From: an uncultured Solirubrobacterales bacterium | Lineage (GTDB): Bacteria; Actinomycetota; Thermoleophilia; Solirubrobacterales; Solirubrobacteraceae | Assembly (NCBI GenBank): GCA_963704375.1 | Contig: OY969898.1 | Location: 2,207,053 to 2,271,052 of the forward strand | Length of the DNA stretch: 64,000 nucleotides | Reading direction: 5' to 3' | In this document: one piece after another, positions 18,901 to 27,774 of the stretch | How the letters are laid out: the number at the start of each line of letters is the position of its first letter | Numbering within the stretch: the stretch's first letter is position 1 | The notes under the pieces: generated by a model | Database searches by the model: none | What the model was told of the DNA's origin: nothing | What the model saw: only the letters and a program-made list of their open reading frames with translations | Program-made: the position numbers and the translations under genes

Positions 18901-19485
18901 TCGCTGGGCGGGGGTACCGAACTGCGATAGGTATTGGCCTGAGGAATTAAAGACGGCTACTATTTCGTCATACCCATCTGTCACAAAAAGTTCGTTAGTC
19001 TCCTGATCTACCGTAATCCCTTGCGGGTATACGAAAACCCCAGTCGGGGTGCCCGTCAATTGAGAGATGTATTCTCCGCTCGGACTGAACACGTCTACAA
19101 CGTTTTGTGTTGAATCAGAGACAAAGATCGTACCGCTTGCGTCATCTACCGCAATTCCCTGTGGATCTTCGAACGGAATCATGGTGCCACCAGCCCCAGT
19201 AGGCGTACCTGTTAGCTTCGACCCTTCAATATAGGGCTCTGATGCCGAAAACGGCAAAGGTGTGTCGGCGGCATTGAAGCGGTCGATAGTTTTACTACCG
19301 GCGTCAGCAACATATAGTTCAGAGTTCGAGTCCATGGCCATAGCAACTGGATCCTGGAACCCCGTCAACTGCGATAGGTATTCGTGCTTGACCAGTGCGA
19401 ATGCTGGAGCGCTCGAGAGCAGCAGAGCGCCGGCCAGCACCGCTATGACCGTCGGAATCGTCAAAGCGAGCCTACGAGCACTCAT
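15979..19485 (-). CDS. large secreted protein (1168 aa): NHL-type repeats, an Fn3-like module, TolB/PD40-like beta-propeller repeats and a basic C-terminal tail
   Basis: Signal peptide MSARRLALTIPTVIAVLAGALLLSSAPAFA. NHL-like repeats: LYVADAGSKTIDRF, IFVSDSTQNVVDVF, LFVTDGYDEIVAVF, VLVADRSGIVDIF. Fn3-like segment YYFEYGTTAAYG...EYHFRLVATSSGG. PD40-like segments SSDGSKAFF, SEKGNRVFFDS and GNMDVYEW. GGAGGGG RBS. Confidence 0.85.
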   Translation of the reverse strand: MSARRLALTIPTVIAVLAGALLLSSAPAFALVKHEYLSQLTGFQDPVAMAMDSNSELYVADAGSKTIDRFNAADTPLPFSASEPYIEGSKLTGTPTGAGGTMIPFEDPQGIAVDDASGTIFVSDSTQNVVDVFSPSGEYISQLTGTPTGVFVYPQGITVDQETNELFVTDGYDEIVAVFNSSGQYLSQFGTPAQRTRSIVVNEFDKRLYVNGDGTVEVFGNLGESLLSTWTSANSFFTGTESLGLDQADGQVYVTNTDDGSPVVDEYANSSEEEYEGQLTSPSAGPFTEPQAVVVDQANGDVLVADRSGIVDIFGPNISLPPVITKVSYSTVDSGSANLSARIETGSAPVTYYFEYGTTAAYGSHTMSAIASGKPIVSAHLEGLAPSTEYHFRLVATSSGGSTFGDDVVFRTLPSGTQGLPDGRVYEMVTPIDKEDAEVYVPSAVSHQAEDQAGGYETTRISEVAASGDAVVYQGDPTHNGGGESSGNALGSAYLARRSQGGGWTQASIQPPGRRTTAYRGFSSDLSAGILTSPTENPEQAEPQLPGGNAPAGLYSEGTYDQRYDIYRHAFDEESYQPLSIATPKRTQAEAKGYVVDNGSGEPQGPAYAGGTPDLSQLLFQDNDDALQKGEAEPEKELGEDVNQEAAQHHTESEYLYDWSDGPPLLVDVLPDGRVAPNATFGAPHLLHEKWNGNPPDFSHVISSEGSRVFWSALQGTGYNQRPKALYIRENPTQPQSPLNGQEECTVPTDACTIQLDKGIEGGARFWTASSDGSKAFFTKGALYVYEVNATIGQPGVITDLTPGVEVQGVLGSSEEGDYIYYVNSANELYMLHENGDQWEAPVAIASLSSEDGEGVSPYNGLADFATDEEGHAGDWVPDLGQRTAEVTADGQGLVFMSDQPLKAQGFPNGYETDGQEEVYVYDAERNSLFCASCSQSGESGSSAFLPVSWSDSYIPTWISEKGNRVFFDSPSSLVSRDTNGNMDVYEWEREGTGSCEQDDGSRGGCMYLLSGGSSNEPSWLLGASANGSDVFMITRSNLTGDAQDELYKVFDARIGGVEPLAPPACTGTGCQGVPAAPPTFAAPSSVTYIGVGNFSAPTRVKSVAKAKIKSLTRAQKLAKALKMCRARPKKKRTSCEAQARKRYGPVEGVDRSFRAINGLSRSKGGSK

Positions 19486-19704
19486 GCGAACATCCCCTCC
19501 TCAGAGAAACAGAACAGCGCCGGCCCGCACCGGGCAGCACAAAACCACCACAGGCACACAGCCCGCAGCGGCAGAAGAACAAGAAGCTGAAGACACGCCT
19601 ACAGCGCGTGGATGCCCCATGACGGGGCACGAGTGACCCAACCGGCCCGTAGGACCGGCGAGACGGCGGGACCGACCAGGACTTAGCTGGTGAGCAGCCC
19701 GGCC

Positions 19705-19726
19705 AGAGAGAGAGAGAGAGAGAGAG
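19705..19726. repeat. (AG)11 dinucleotide microsatellite
   Basis: agagagagagagagagagagag read directly. It lies about 220 nt upstream of the 1168-aa gene start, in the intergenic region. Confidence 0.95.
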
Positions 19727-19750
19727 ACGCGTCAGCGACGCTGACGCGTC
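19726..19750. other. perfect 10-bp-stem hairpin / palindrome abutting the microsatellite
   Basis: GACGCGTCAG-cgacg-CTGACGCGTC. It shares its first base with the end of the AG run. Confidence 0.8.
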
Positions 19751-20072
19751 CTATAACGGACCCGCCAAAACCACACGGACTCTCAACAACGCTATTCCCC
19801 AAAGAAACCACGCGAAAAACAACTCCCTCTCAGAAACGACCCGGTCCCTCTCCCAAGGGCCCTGCTCAAACCGGTTAGAAGTCAGACCACAGGGGCCAAA
19901 CCCAACCCGACCTTATGTACGCCGGCGCCCACACGGACACCAGACATGGCTCTTTATACCGCAAGCGGTGCTTGCTGTCAAGTGGTCGGGGAAAACCGTG
20001 CCGTGCCAAGAGATCATGCAGGCCGGGACGCCGACCCACCAAACCCCCCCAACCAAGCCCCCGCTAGGCGCG

Positions 20073-20825
20073 CTAGCGCCGCGCCCGAGTGAGCCGCTCG
20101 AGCTCCCGCCCAAACGCCGCCTCGACCTCCTCGGTCATCGTCAGCTGGTAGGAAGCCAACAGTGCATGCGAGGACAACGGGCGCAGGCGCTCGATCGACT
20201 CGGTCACCTCCGACCAGCGCTCCTGCGGGTAGCCCGCGGCGGCGAACGGCTTCCACAGGTCCTCCAGGAACAGCCGCACGTACTCACGCGCGACGATCTT
20301 GCACTGCTCGCGCACCTTGCCTGTCATCGTCAGCACGTGGCCGAGCGGGATGCCGCGGCGCACTACCTCCTCGGCGGCGTCGAGCAGCGAGGGCAGCGGC
20401 GCCTCGTAGCGGTCCTTGCCGAGCGCCACGAGCAGACCGATCTTCTCCGCGCGCGCCAGCAGGCGGCGATCCACCTCACCGAAGCGCGCCTGCAGCTCCG
20501 CCAGCGTGAATACCTGCGGCTGCTCTGTCGCTTCGACCGGAGCGTGCACTGCCTCGCTCAGGCTCAGCAGTTGCTCAGGGCGGCCGTGGGTCTCCTCCAG
20601 CAGACGCTGGATCGCGCGCAGGTTGAAGCCGTCGGCCTGCATCTCCTTGATCAGCTGCAGGCGCGCGAGGTGTTCGGGGCCGTAGTAGCCGACGCGCTCG
20701 CGCACCTCCGGGGCGGGCAACAGCCCGCGCGCGCGGTGTGCGCGGATGTTGCGCACGGTCATGCCGCTCTGCGCCGCCAGCTGTTCGATCGTGAGGGCTG
20801 TTTCGGTTGCCACGGGGCGCATCAT
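20073..20825 (-). CDS. MerR-family transcriptional regulator
   Basis: LTIEQLAAQSGMTVRNIRAHRARGLLPAPEVRERVGYYGPEHLARLQLIKEMQADGFNLRAIQRLL. I place the start at MMRPVATE (20825). The track start at 21008 would overlap the divergent P450 gene. Confidence 0.8.
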   Translation of the reverse strand: MMRPVATETALTIEQLAAQSGMTVRNIRAHRARGLLPAPEVRERVGYYGPEHLARLQLIKEMQADGFNLRAIQRLLEETHGRPEQLLSLSEAVHAPVEATEQPQVFTLAELQARFGEVDRRLLARAEKIGLLVALGKDRYEAPLPSLLDAAEEVVRRGIPLGHVLTMTGKVREQCKIVAREYVRLFLEDLWKPFAAAGYPQERWSEVTESIERLRPLSSHALLASYQLTMTEEVEAAFGRELERLTRARR

Positions 20826-20881
20826 ATCCCCAAACGATGCGACGCCAAACAACGTGACATCAAATGGTGTAACATCGGGAC

Positions 20882-22258
20882 ATGTCCAACGTACGTATGC
20901 AGATGAGCTCCACCGCCACGCAACCGATCCCGGCAAGTCCCGCCCCCACCGTCGCCACACCCAAGGCCTCCCTCCCCGAGGGAAGCGACCCCAAGCCCTC
21001 GCTCCCACCCGGCCCGCGCATGCCGATGCTGCTGCAGAGCGCGCTGACGTGGAGCCGCACGCTCTCCTTCTTCGCTTCCGCCCAGCGCAAGTACGGGCCG
21101 GTGTTCACGATCCGCTCGCTGCCGTGGGGCACGGCGGTAGTCGTCAACGACACGCAGCTGGTCAAGCAGATCTTCACCGGCGACCCCGCCGTGTACCACG
21201 CCGGCGACGGCAACTCGCTGCTGGCGCCCGTGCTCGGCGAGCGCTCGGTGCTGGTGCTTGACGAGGATCCCCACCTGCAAGCGCGCAAGCGCCTGCTGCC
21301 TCCCTTTCACGGCGACTCGGTGCGCCGCTATGGCGCGATCGTGGAGCGCATCGTCGAGGAAGAGATCGAGCGTTGGCCGATCGGCGAGCCATTTCCGCTG
21401 CACCCGCGTATGCAGGCGATCACGCTCGAGGTGATCCTGGAGGCGGTGATCGGCGTCACCGATCCTGCGCGCTTGCGCGCGCTGCGCGAGGCGCTGCCCG
21501 CGGCAGTCCCCACCGACCCCGTGTTGATGGGGATGTGGGTGGTGAAGCCGCTCGAACACGTCGGGCGCTGGCGGCGCTTTCGCCGCGCGATAGAGCATGC
21601 CAACGCGCTGCTGCGCGAGGAGATCGCCGCACGACGCCTGGACCCACAACTGAGCGAGCGCGAGGACGTGCTCTCCCAGCTCGTGCGCGCCGGAGAGACC
21701 GACGACGAGGAGCTGCGCGACCAGATCATGACGCTGCTGCTGGCCGGGCACGAGACGACGACCACCGGCCTGGCCTGGGCGTTCGAGCGGCTGTTGCGCC
21801 ACCCCGAAGCGCTCGCCCGGGCGCGCGAGGGCGAGGACGCATATCTCGATGCGGTCGTGCAAGAGACACTGCGCGTGCGCCCCGTGATACCCGCTGTACT
21901 GCGCCAGCTGCAGGCGCCGGTCGAGCTGGGCGACTGGCGGTTGCCGGCGGGCGTGACCGTGATGCCGGCGATCCTGCTGCTGCACAACGACGCCACGCTG
22001 TTCCCCGAGCCAAAGCGCTTTCGCCCCGAGCGCTTCCTGGAGGACGGCGCCGCCTCGACGTACACATGGATTCCCTTCGGCGGCGGGCGGCGGCGCTGCC
22101 TCGGGGCGGCGTTCGCGAGCTTTGAGATGCGCGTCGCGCTGCGCACGATCTTGCAGCGCACAACGCTGCGGGCAGAGCGTCCGCAGGGCGAGAGGATGCG
22201 CAACCACCACATCACGCTCGTGCCCGCCCGCGGCGCCAGCGTCGTCAGGGAGGCATAG
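20882..22258 (+). CDS. cytochrome P450
   Basis: Heme-binding loop FGGGRRRCLGAAFASFE, I-helix LLLAGHETTT, and ETLR (K-helix ExxR). Confidence 0.9.
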   Translation: MSNVRMQMSSTATQPIPASPAPTVATPKASLPEGSDPKPSLPPGPRMPMLLQSALTWSRTLSFFASAQRKYGPVFTIRSLPWGTAVVVNDTQLVKQIFTGDPAVYHAGDGNSLLAPVLGERSVLVLDEDPHLQARKRLLPPFHGDSVRRYGAIVERIVEEEIERWPIGEPFPLHPRMQAITLEVILEAVIGVTDPARLRALREALPAAVPTDPVLMGMWVVKPLEHVGRWRRFRRAIEHANALLREEIAARRLDPQLSEREDVLSQLVRAGETDDEELRDQIMTLLLAGHETTTTGLAWAFERLLRHPEALARAREGEDAYLDAVVQETLRVRPVIPAVLRQLQAPVELGDWRLPAGVTVMPAILLLHNDATLFPEPKRFRPERFLEDGAASTYTWIPFGGGRRRCLGAAFASFEMRVALRTILQRTTLRAERPQGERMRNHHITLVPARGASVVREA

Positions 22259-22289
22259 CGATGAGCAAGCGCATAGAGTTGGTGCTCGT

Positions 22290-23198
22290 ATGAGCCGCAA
22301 CCAGACGCCCTACGACGTGAATGGACGCACGGTGTTCATCACCGGCGCCGCGCGCGGCATCGGCGCCGAGACGGCGCGACGGCTGCACGGCAAGGGCGCC
22401 AACGTCGCGCTCGTCGGCCTCGAGCCCGAGCGCCTGCAGGCACTCGCGGCCGAGCTTGGCGACCGTGCGGCCGCGTTCGAAGCGGACGTGACCGACTATG
22501 AGGCGCTGGAGCGCGCGGTGAGCGCCACGGTGGAGCGCTTCGGCGCGATCGACGTGGGCATCGCCAACGCCGGCATCGCCTTCACCGGGCCGCTGGCTAC
22601 CGCACCGATCGAGCAGGTCGAGCGCACGCTCGCCGTTAACTTCCTCGGCGTGTGGCGCACCGACCGCGCGCTGATCGGCCAGATCGTCGAGCGCAAGGGC
22701 TACTTGCTGAACATCTCCTCCCTGTCGGCGATCGCGCACGCGCCGCTGATGGCTCCATACAGCTCCGCGAAGGCGGGTGTGGAGGCGTTCACCGACGCGT
22801 TGCGCATGGAGACCGCACCAAGCGGGGCGCGCGTCGGCTGCGCCTACTTTGGCTTCATCGACACGGATCTGGTGCGCGCCAGCTTCGCGCAGCCCTCCTC
22901 AGAAAAGGTTCGCAGCAACACGCCCGGCTTCATCAGCAACCCGGCGCCCATCTCAAAGGCGATCGACGCGATCGAGCGGGGGATCGAACGACGCTCAGCA
23001 CGCCTGTGGGCGCCACGCTGGGTGGGCCCGATGATCGTGCTGCGCGGTCTGATCCAGCCGCTGAGCGAACGCCAAATGCTCAGAGACGAGCAGCGCCTAC
23101 GCGAAAGCATCAGCGCCGCCGAAACCTCGCGGGAGACGGCCACCCAGGACCCGCTGCTCGGCGTGGCGATGCAAGCCGTCGAGAGCACCTCGCCCTGA
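22290..23198 (+). CDS. short-chain dehydrogenase/reductase (SDR)
   Basis: TGAARGIGAE (TGxxxGxG), NAG, S...YSSAKAG (YxxxK). The start is the ATG at 22290, after the P450 stop. Confidence 0.9.
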   Translation: MSRNQTPYDVNGRTVFITGAARGIGAETARRLHGKGANVALVGLEPERLQALAAELGDRAAAFEADVTDYEALERAVSATVERFGAIDVGIANAGIAFTGPLATAPIEQVERTLAVNFLGVWRTDRALIGQIVERKGYLLNISSLSAIAHAPLMAPYSSAKAGVEAFTDALRMETAPSGARVGCAYFGFIDTDLVRASFAQPSSEKVRSNTPGFISNPAPISKAIDAIERGIERRSARLWAPRWVGPMIVLRGLIQPLSERQMLRDEQRLRESISAAETSRETATQDPLLGVAMQAVESTSP

Positions 23199-23256
23199 TC
23201 GCCATCCCGACGCATCGCCCGCGCCGAGATGGCGGATCGCATGAGCGACTGACGGG

Positions 23257-23976
23257 CTACTCCTCGGCGGAGTCCCCGAGACCACCATCGGCGAGGATGC
23301 GGTAGAGGTCGCGACGCGTTGCCACAAGCAGCTTGCGGGCCTCCGTGATCTGGGCTTCGCTGCCGTTGCGCATCACCTGCACAAAGGCGGAGGCGACCTC
23401 GCGCATGATCCCCGCGAGTTCGTGCGCCTGGTCTGAGACGTTGCCGCTCATCTGCTCCCAGGGAGCGGGAGCATCGCTGTCGCGCTCCTGCACACGGGCC
23501 TTGCCGGCATCGGTTAGCTCGAACACCTTGCCGGTGCCACCGCCGCCTTCGCTCGAGCGGATCAGACCCTCGTCCTCGAGCTGCTGCAGGGCCGGATAGA
23601 CCGACCCGGGGCTGGGACGCCACACCCCGTCGCTGCGCTCCTCCACCTCCTGCATGATCTGGTAGCCGTTGCGCGGCTCCTCGGCCAGCAGCAGCAGCGC
23701 AGCGGTGCGGATGTCTCCGCGTCGGGCCTTGCGACCGCGACCGAAGCGACCGCCACCAGGACCCCCGAAGGGGAAGCCCTCGAAGCCCCCGCGCCCGCCG
23801 TCCCGCGGTCCACGGTGATGGCCATGGCGGTGTCCACCGCCTTCCGGTCCACCGCCGCGCCCGGTCATCGCGCGCCAATAGTCCATCAAGTCCTGTCGGG
23901 AAGCGCCGTGCCCGCAGCGATGCGTCTCGTGCGCGCAGTCCCCCTCAGTAGTTGCATATATCGCGTGAGCGAACAT
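23257..23976 (-). CDS. PadR-family transcriptional regulator with a Gly/Arg/His-rich N-terminal extension
   Basis: ALLLLAEEPRNGYQIMQEVEERSDGVWRPSPGSVYPALQQLEDEGLI. An alternative start at 23886 (MDYWRAM) is possible. Confidence 0.8.
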   Translation of the reverse strand: MFAHAIYATTEGDCAHETHRCGHGASRQDLMDYWRAMTGRGGGPEGGGHRHGHHRGPRDGGRGGFEGFPFGGPGGGRFGRGRKARRGDIRTAALLLLAEEPRNGYQIMQEVEERSDGVWRPSPGSVYPALQQLEDEGLIRSSEGGGGTGKVFELTDAGKARVQERDSDAPAPWEQMSGNVSDQAHELAGIMREVASAFVQVMRNGSEAQITEARKLLVATRRDLYRILADGGLGDSAEE

Positions 23977-23986
23977 ATCTATCTCC

Positions 23987-24017
23987 TATCGTGATGTATC
24001 AAAGTAAGTTCACGATA
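23987..24017. promoter_or_regulatory. inverted repeat TATCGTGA-N15-TCACGATA upstream of the PadR gene (candidate operator)
   Basis: 8-bp perfect arms in an AT-rich stretch, 11-41 nt upstream of the longest PadR start. Confidence 0.35.
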
Positions 24018-24157
24018 TATCGTTAAGAGAGGGATGTCAAGTGCCTGCCGTTTTGGCTGAGCAGGCAATCGCAACGGGCCGCCGGCCCGTGGGAGCTGAA
24101 TCCCGCAAGTGTCCGCGAATGGCGCCTCTCGCAGTTGGCGCACCGCGCCACCGGCAC

Positions 24158-25063
24158 TTACTCGACGCTGGAGAACTCGGCGATTGCGATCGCCAGCATC
24201 ACGAGGCCGATGATTCCCACCATTGCTGCCTCCAGCAGGCCCGGCACGTGCCAGCCCCACCACGTCACGCCGGGAGCCAGCGCGTGGCGCACGAGCGGGG
24301 AGATGTTCAGGTGGGCGAACACGGCCCGGCGCATCGGGTCGACCGCATAGGTGAGCGGGTCCAGGCGGTTGAGCACCGCCAGCCAGGTCGGCAAGTTGTT
24401 GACCGGGAACATGGCGCCGGAGAGGAAGAACATCGGCATGATCGCCATCTGCATGAGCGCCATGAACGACTGCATCTGCGTGACGCGGGCGGCCGCCATC
24501 ATCCCGAACGCCGTAATCGAGAAAGCCAGTAGCAGCTGCAGAGCGAACACCTCCAAGGCCAGGCCGAGCGTGTAGTGGACACCCACGAGCGGGCCGATCG
24601 CCATCACGATCACGCCCTGGAAAGCCGCCACCGTCGCGCCGCCGGCGCACTTGCCGAGCACGATCGAGGAGCGCCTGACAGGTGCGACCATCATCTCGCG
24701 CAGGAAGCCGAACTCGCGGTCCCACACGATCGAGGCGGCGCTGAACATCGCGGTGAACATCACCGCCATGCAGAGCACGCCCGGGTAGATGAACGTGCGG
24801 AAGTTGACGCCGTGCGTGCTGGCGGACACGAGCGAGGAGAGGCCGGTGCCGAGCACGAACAGGAACAGGAAGGGCTGGATCAGCGAGGTGAGAATGCGCA
24901 GGCGATCGCGCGAGAAGCGGATCAGCTCGCGCCGCCACACCGCACGGATCGCGCGCAGCTCCGAGCCCACGCTGCGGGCGGGCACGTGCTGGCGCGCCAG
25001 CTCGGGCGCGGAGTCGTGCTGCACGGGGGCTGTGGCACGGGTCCGGGTCGCCATGTTCAGCAC
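24158..25063 (-). CDS. ABC-2 type transporter permease (DrrB-like)
   Basis: Polytopic protein with LRAIRAVWRRELIRFSRDRLRILTSLIQPFLFLFVLG. It follows the DrrA-like ATPase gene. Confidence 0.85.
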   Translation of the reverse strand: MLNMATRTRATAPVQHDSAPELARQHVPARSVGSELRAIRAVWRRELIRFSRDRLRILTSLIQPFLFLFVLGTGLSSLVSASTHGVNFRTFIYPGVLCMAVMFTAMFSAASIVWDREFGFLREMMVAPVRRSSIVLGKCAGGATVAAFQGVIVMAIGPLVGVHYTLGLALEVFALQLLLAFSITAFGMMAAARVTQMQSFMALMQMAIMPMFFLSGAMFPVNNLPTWLAVLNRLDPLTYAVDPMRRAVFAHLNISPLVRHALAPGVTWWGWHVPGLLEAAMVGIIGLVMLAIAIAEFSSVE

Positions 25064-25163
25064 GCCCCCAGATGGTGGGGATCAGCACAGGCGCAGGTCG
25101 CGGGGCAGCGAGCGAACATCGGTGGCGCGCCATCTCGACCGTATGAGGGGCAACGAGCGGGCA

Positions 25164-26192
25164 TCAGCGGCTCATCATCCTCGCCATGTTGCGCATCATG
25201 TCGTTGGAGCCGGCCTCCGCGTCGCGAATCGTGGAGCCGGTGTAGGACATGAAGACATCGTCCAGCGACGGGCGCGCGACACTGACCGAACGGATCGGCA
25301 GGCCCAGCTCGCTGAACAGGCGCGGCACGAACTGCTCTCCAGACTCAACTCCGAACGTGACCTCGCCTTCCGCGATCTGCGCCTCGATGCCGAAGCGCTC
25401 GGCCAGCGCGTCAATCGCCGCCTCGTCGTCGTCGGTGGTGATCTGCACGCGATCCTTGCCGACGCTTGCCTTCAGCGCCTCGGGGGTGTCGAGCGCCACG
25501 ATCTGGCCCTGGTCGATGATCGCGATGCGGTCGCAATACTCCGCCTCGTCCATGTAGTGGGTGGTGAGGAAGATCGTTACGTCCTGCTCGTCTTCGAGTT
25601 TCGTGATGTAGCTCCAGATCGAGCTACGCGTTTGCGGGTCGAGGCCGATCGTGGGCTCGTCCAGGAACAGCACGCGCGGCGAGTGCAGCAGGCCACGCGC
25701 GATCTCAAGGCGCCGCTTCATGCCACCCGAGAACGTGCCAACCAGGCTCTCGCGCCGCTCCCACAGCTGCAGCATCTCGAGCACGGTCTGCATGCGCGGC
25801 TCGATGCGCTCGCGCGGCATCCCATACAGCTCTGCGTGCAAGCGCAAGTTCTGCTCGGCCGAGAGGTAGTTGTCGAGTGTCGTGTCCTGGAAGACAAGGC
25901 CGATGCTGCGCCGCACGCTGTCGCGCTGGGTGACCACGTCCATGCTGGCCACGCGCGCCGAGCCGCCGGTGGGACGCGCGAGCGTGCACAACATGCTGAT
26001 CGTGGTCGACTTGCCCGCCCCGTTGGGGCCGAGAAAGCCGAACGTTTCCCCGCGCGCGACCTCGAAGTCGATCCCACGCACCGCCTCGATCTCACCGTAG
26101 GTCTTGGTCAGGCCGGTGACGGAAATCGCCGGCTCGCTCAGCACGCGACCGTTCGACCGACTGTTGGACTCAATGCCTGAAGTGGCGGACAC
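25164..26192 (-). CDS. ABC transporter ATP-binding protein (DrrA/daunorubicin-resistance-like)
   Basis: Walker A GPNGAGKST, signature FSGGMKRRLEIA, Walker B VLFLDEPT. Confidence 0.9.
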   Translation of the reverse strand: MSATSGIESNSRSNGRVLSEPAISVTGLTKTYGEIEAVRGIDFEVARGETFGFLGPNGAGKSTTISMLCTLARPTGGSARVASMDVVTQRDSVRRSIGLVFQDTTLDNYLSAEQNLRLHAELYGMPRERIEPRMQTVLEMLQLWERRESLVGTFSGGMKRRLEIARGLLHSPRVLFLDEPTIGLDPQTRSSIWSYITKLEDEQDVTIFLTTHYMDEAEYCDRIAIIDQGQIVALDTPEALKASVGKDRVQITTDDDEAAIDALAERFGIEAQIAEGEVTFGVESGEQFVPRLFSELGLPIRSVSVARPSLDDVFMSYTGSTIRDAEAGSNDMMRNMARMMSR

Positions 26193-27774
26193 CAGTGCCC
26201 ACCATAGCGACGCCGGCAGCGTCGATCGCCGCTACGACCTCCTCGTCGCGCACTGAGCCGCCCGGCTGGATGATCGTGCCGATGCCCGCGTCGATTGCGA
26301 GCTGGGGACCGTCGGCGAAGGGGAAGAAGGCGTCTGAGGCCAGTGCCGATCCCGCGAGCAGGTCCGGCTGACCGGCGCGGGCCTTCTCGATTGCGATGTT
26401 CACCGCATCGACGCGGCTCATCTGTCCCGCACCAATGCCGATCGTGGCGCCGTTGCGCGCGATCACGATCGCGTTGGAGCGCACGTGACGACACACCTGC
26501 CAGGCGAAGCGCATGTCCTGCCACTCGGCCTCAGTGGGCAGCTTGGCGCTCATCACCGTCATCTGCTCAGCCGTCTCCGATACCTCATCGCGGTCCTGCA
26601 CGAGCAGGCCGCCGATCACCGGCTTGGCCTCAAGGCCACCGGCCGGCTCGGGCCACTCGGACAGCTCCAGCAGGCGCACGTTCTTCTTTTGCGTCAACAC
26701 CTCGAGCGCCTCGGGCTCGAAGCCGGGGGCCAGCAGCACCTCGATGAACTGTTTGGAGAGTGCCTGCGCGCAGGCCTCGTCAACCGTGCGGTTGAGGGCG
26801 ATCACGCCGCCGTAGGCGCTGACCGGGTCGCTGGCGAAAGCGCGCTCGTAGGCATCCTGCGCGGTCTTGCCAAGCGCGCACCCGCAGGGATTGTTGTGCT
26901 TGACGATCGCGCACGCCGGCTCGGAGAAGTCCTCGACCAGCTCGCGTGCGGAGCTGAGGTCGAGCAGATTGTTGAACGACAACTCCTTGCCGTGCAATTG
27001 CACCACGCCAGCGAGCAGGTGTGTGGGCGCGCCGAGGAGCGCGTAGTAGGCGGCGCGCTGGTGCGGGTTCTCGCCGTAGCGCAGCTCGGCGGCCTTCTCG
27101 TAGGCAAGCGTGCGCTGGGCGGGGAAGTCTTCGTCCTGCCGCTGCGCGAACCAAGTGGAGATCGCGGCGTCGTAGCGCGCGGTGCAGGCAAACGCCTTGC
27201 CGGCCAGACGCTGGCGCGCATCGAGCGATAGGCGCCCATCGGCCTCGCGCAGCTCGGCGAGCACCGGCGTGTAGTCGGCGGGATCCACGAGCACGGCGGC
27301 AAACGCGCTGTTCTTGGCGGCAGCGCGGATCATCGTGGGACCGCCGATGTCGATGTTCTCGACAATCTCCTGCGGCGTGGCATCGCCGCGAGCGACCGTT
27401 TGCTCGAACGGGTAGAGATTCACGCAAACCAGGTCCACCGGCTCGATCTCATGCTCCGCCGCGGCGCGCAGGTGCTCGTCGTTGTCACGCACCGCCAGCA
27501 GTCCCGCATACAGGCGCGGGTGCAGTGTCTTCACGCGCCCATCCATCATCTCCGGGAACCCGGTGAAGTCCTCGATCGCACGCACCGGCACGCCAGCCTC
27601 GCTCAGCGCGCGCGCGGTCCCCCCAGTGGAGACGATCTCCACGCCCAGCTCGGCAAGGCCACTGGCGAACTCGACAACACCGGTCTTATCGGACACCGAC
27701 AGCAGTGCCCTGCGTACACGCACCGCACCGGGCTCGGCGCGCTCGATGCCAGTGTGCTGCCGCTCAGCGCTCAT
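26170..27774 (-). CDS. purH: bifunctional AICAR transformylase / IMP cyclohydrolase
   Basis: RALLSVSDKTGVVEFA...STGGTA...VKTLHPR...DLVCVNLYPF...IDIGGPTMIRAAAKN...ASDAFFPF. Confidence 0.95.
   Translation of the reverse strand: MSAERQHTGIERAEPGAVRVRRALLSVSDKTGVVEFASGLAELGVEIVSTGGTARALSEAGVPVRAIEDFTGFPEMMDGRVKTLHPRLYAGLLAVRDNDEHLRAAAEHEIEPVDLVCVNLYPFEQTVARGDATPQEIVENIDIGGPTMIRAAAKNSAFAAVLVDPADYTPVLAELREADGRLSLDARQRLAGKAFACTARYDAAISTWFAQRQDEDFPAQRTLAYEKAAELRYGENPHQRAAYYALLGAPTHLLAGVVQLHGKELSFNNLLDLSSARELVEDFSEPACAIVKHNNPCGCALGKTAQDAYERAFASDPVSAYGGVIALNRTVDEACAQALSKQFIEVLLAPGFEPEALEVLTQKKNVRLLELSEWPEPAGGLEAKPVIGGLLVQDRDEVSETAEQMTVMSAKLPTEAEWQDMRFAWQVCRHVRSNAIVIARNGATIGIGAGQMSRVDAVNIAIEKARAGQPDLLAGSALASDAFFPFADGPQLAIDAGIGTIIQPGGSVRDEEVVAAIDAAGVAMVGTGVRHFRH

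Noticed and set aside
20826-20881. Direct repeat-like GTGACATC-N7-GTAACATC in the 56-bp MerR/P450 divergent spacer, considered as a MerR operator.
   Set aside because: MerR operators are normally palindromic within a long-spacer promoter. This is a short imperfect direct repeat, and I cannot define -35/-10 boxes around it.
20822-22300. 492-aa ORF antisense to the P450 gene. Similar long antisense or out-of-frame ORFs occur elsewhere: 24789-26180 (antisense to the ABC ATPase), 31441-32907 (purL), 47961-49547 (dnaK), 55371-57098 (ino1 region), 5179-5757 and 8308-9183.
   Set aside because: These are Arg/Ala/Gly/Pro-rich low-complexity translations with no motifs. Each is fully overlapped by a gene with strong family signatures. 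Long spurious antisense ORFs are expected at about 70 % G+C.
23886-23976. His/Cys-containing N-terminal 30 aa of the PadR ORF (CAHETHRCGHG), considered as a metal-sensing extension.
   Set aside because: The first codons are AT-rich at third positions (ata tat gca act act), and an internal ATG (23886) gives a normal PadR. The segment may be 5' leader rather than protein.
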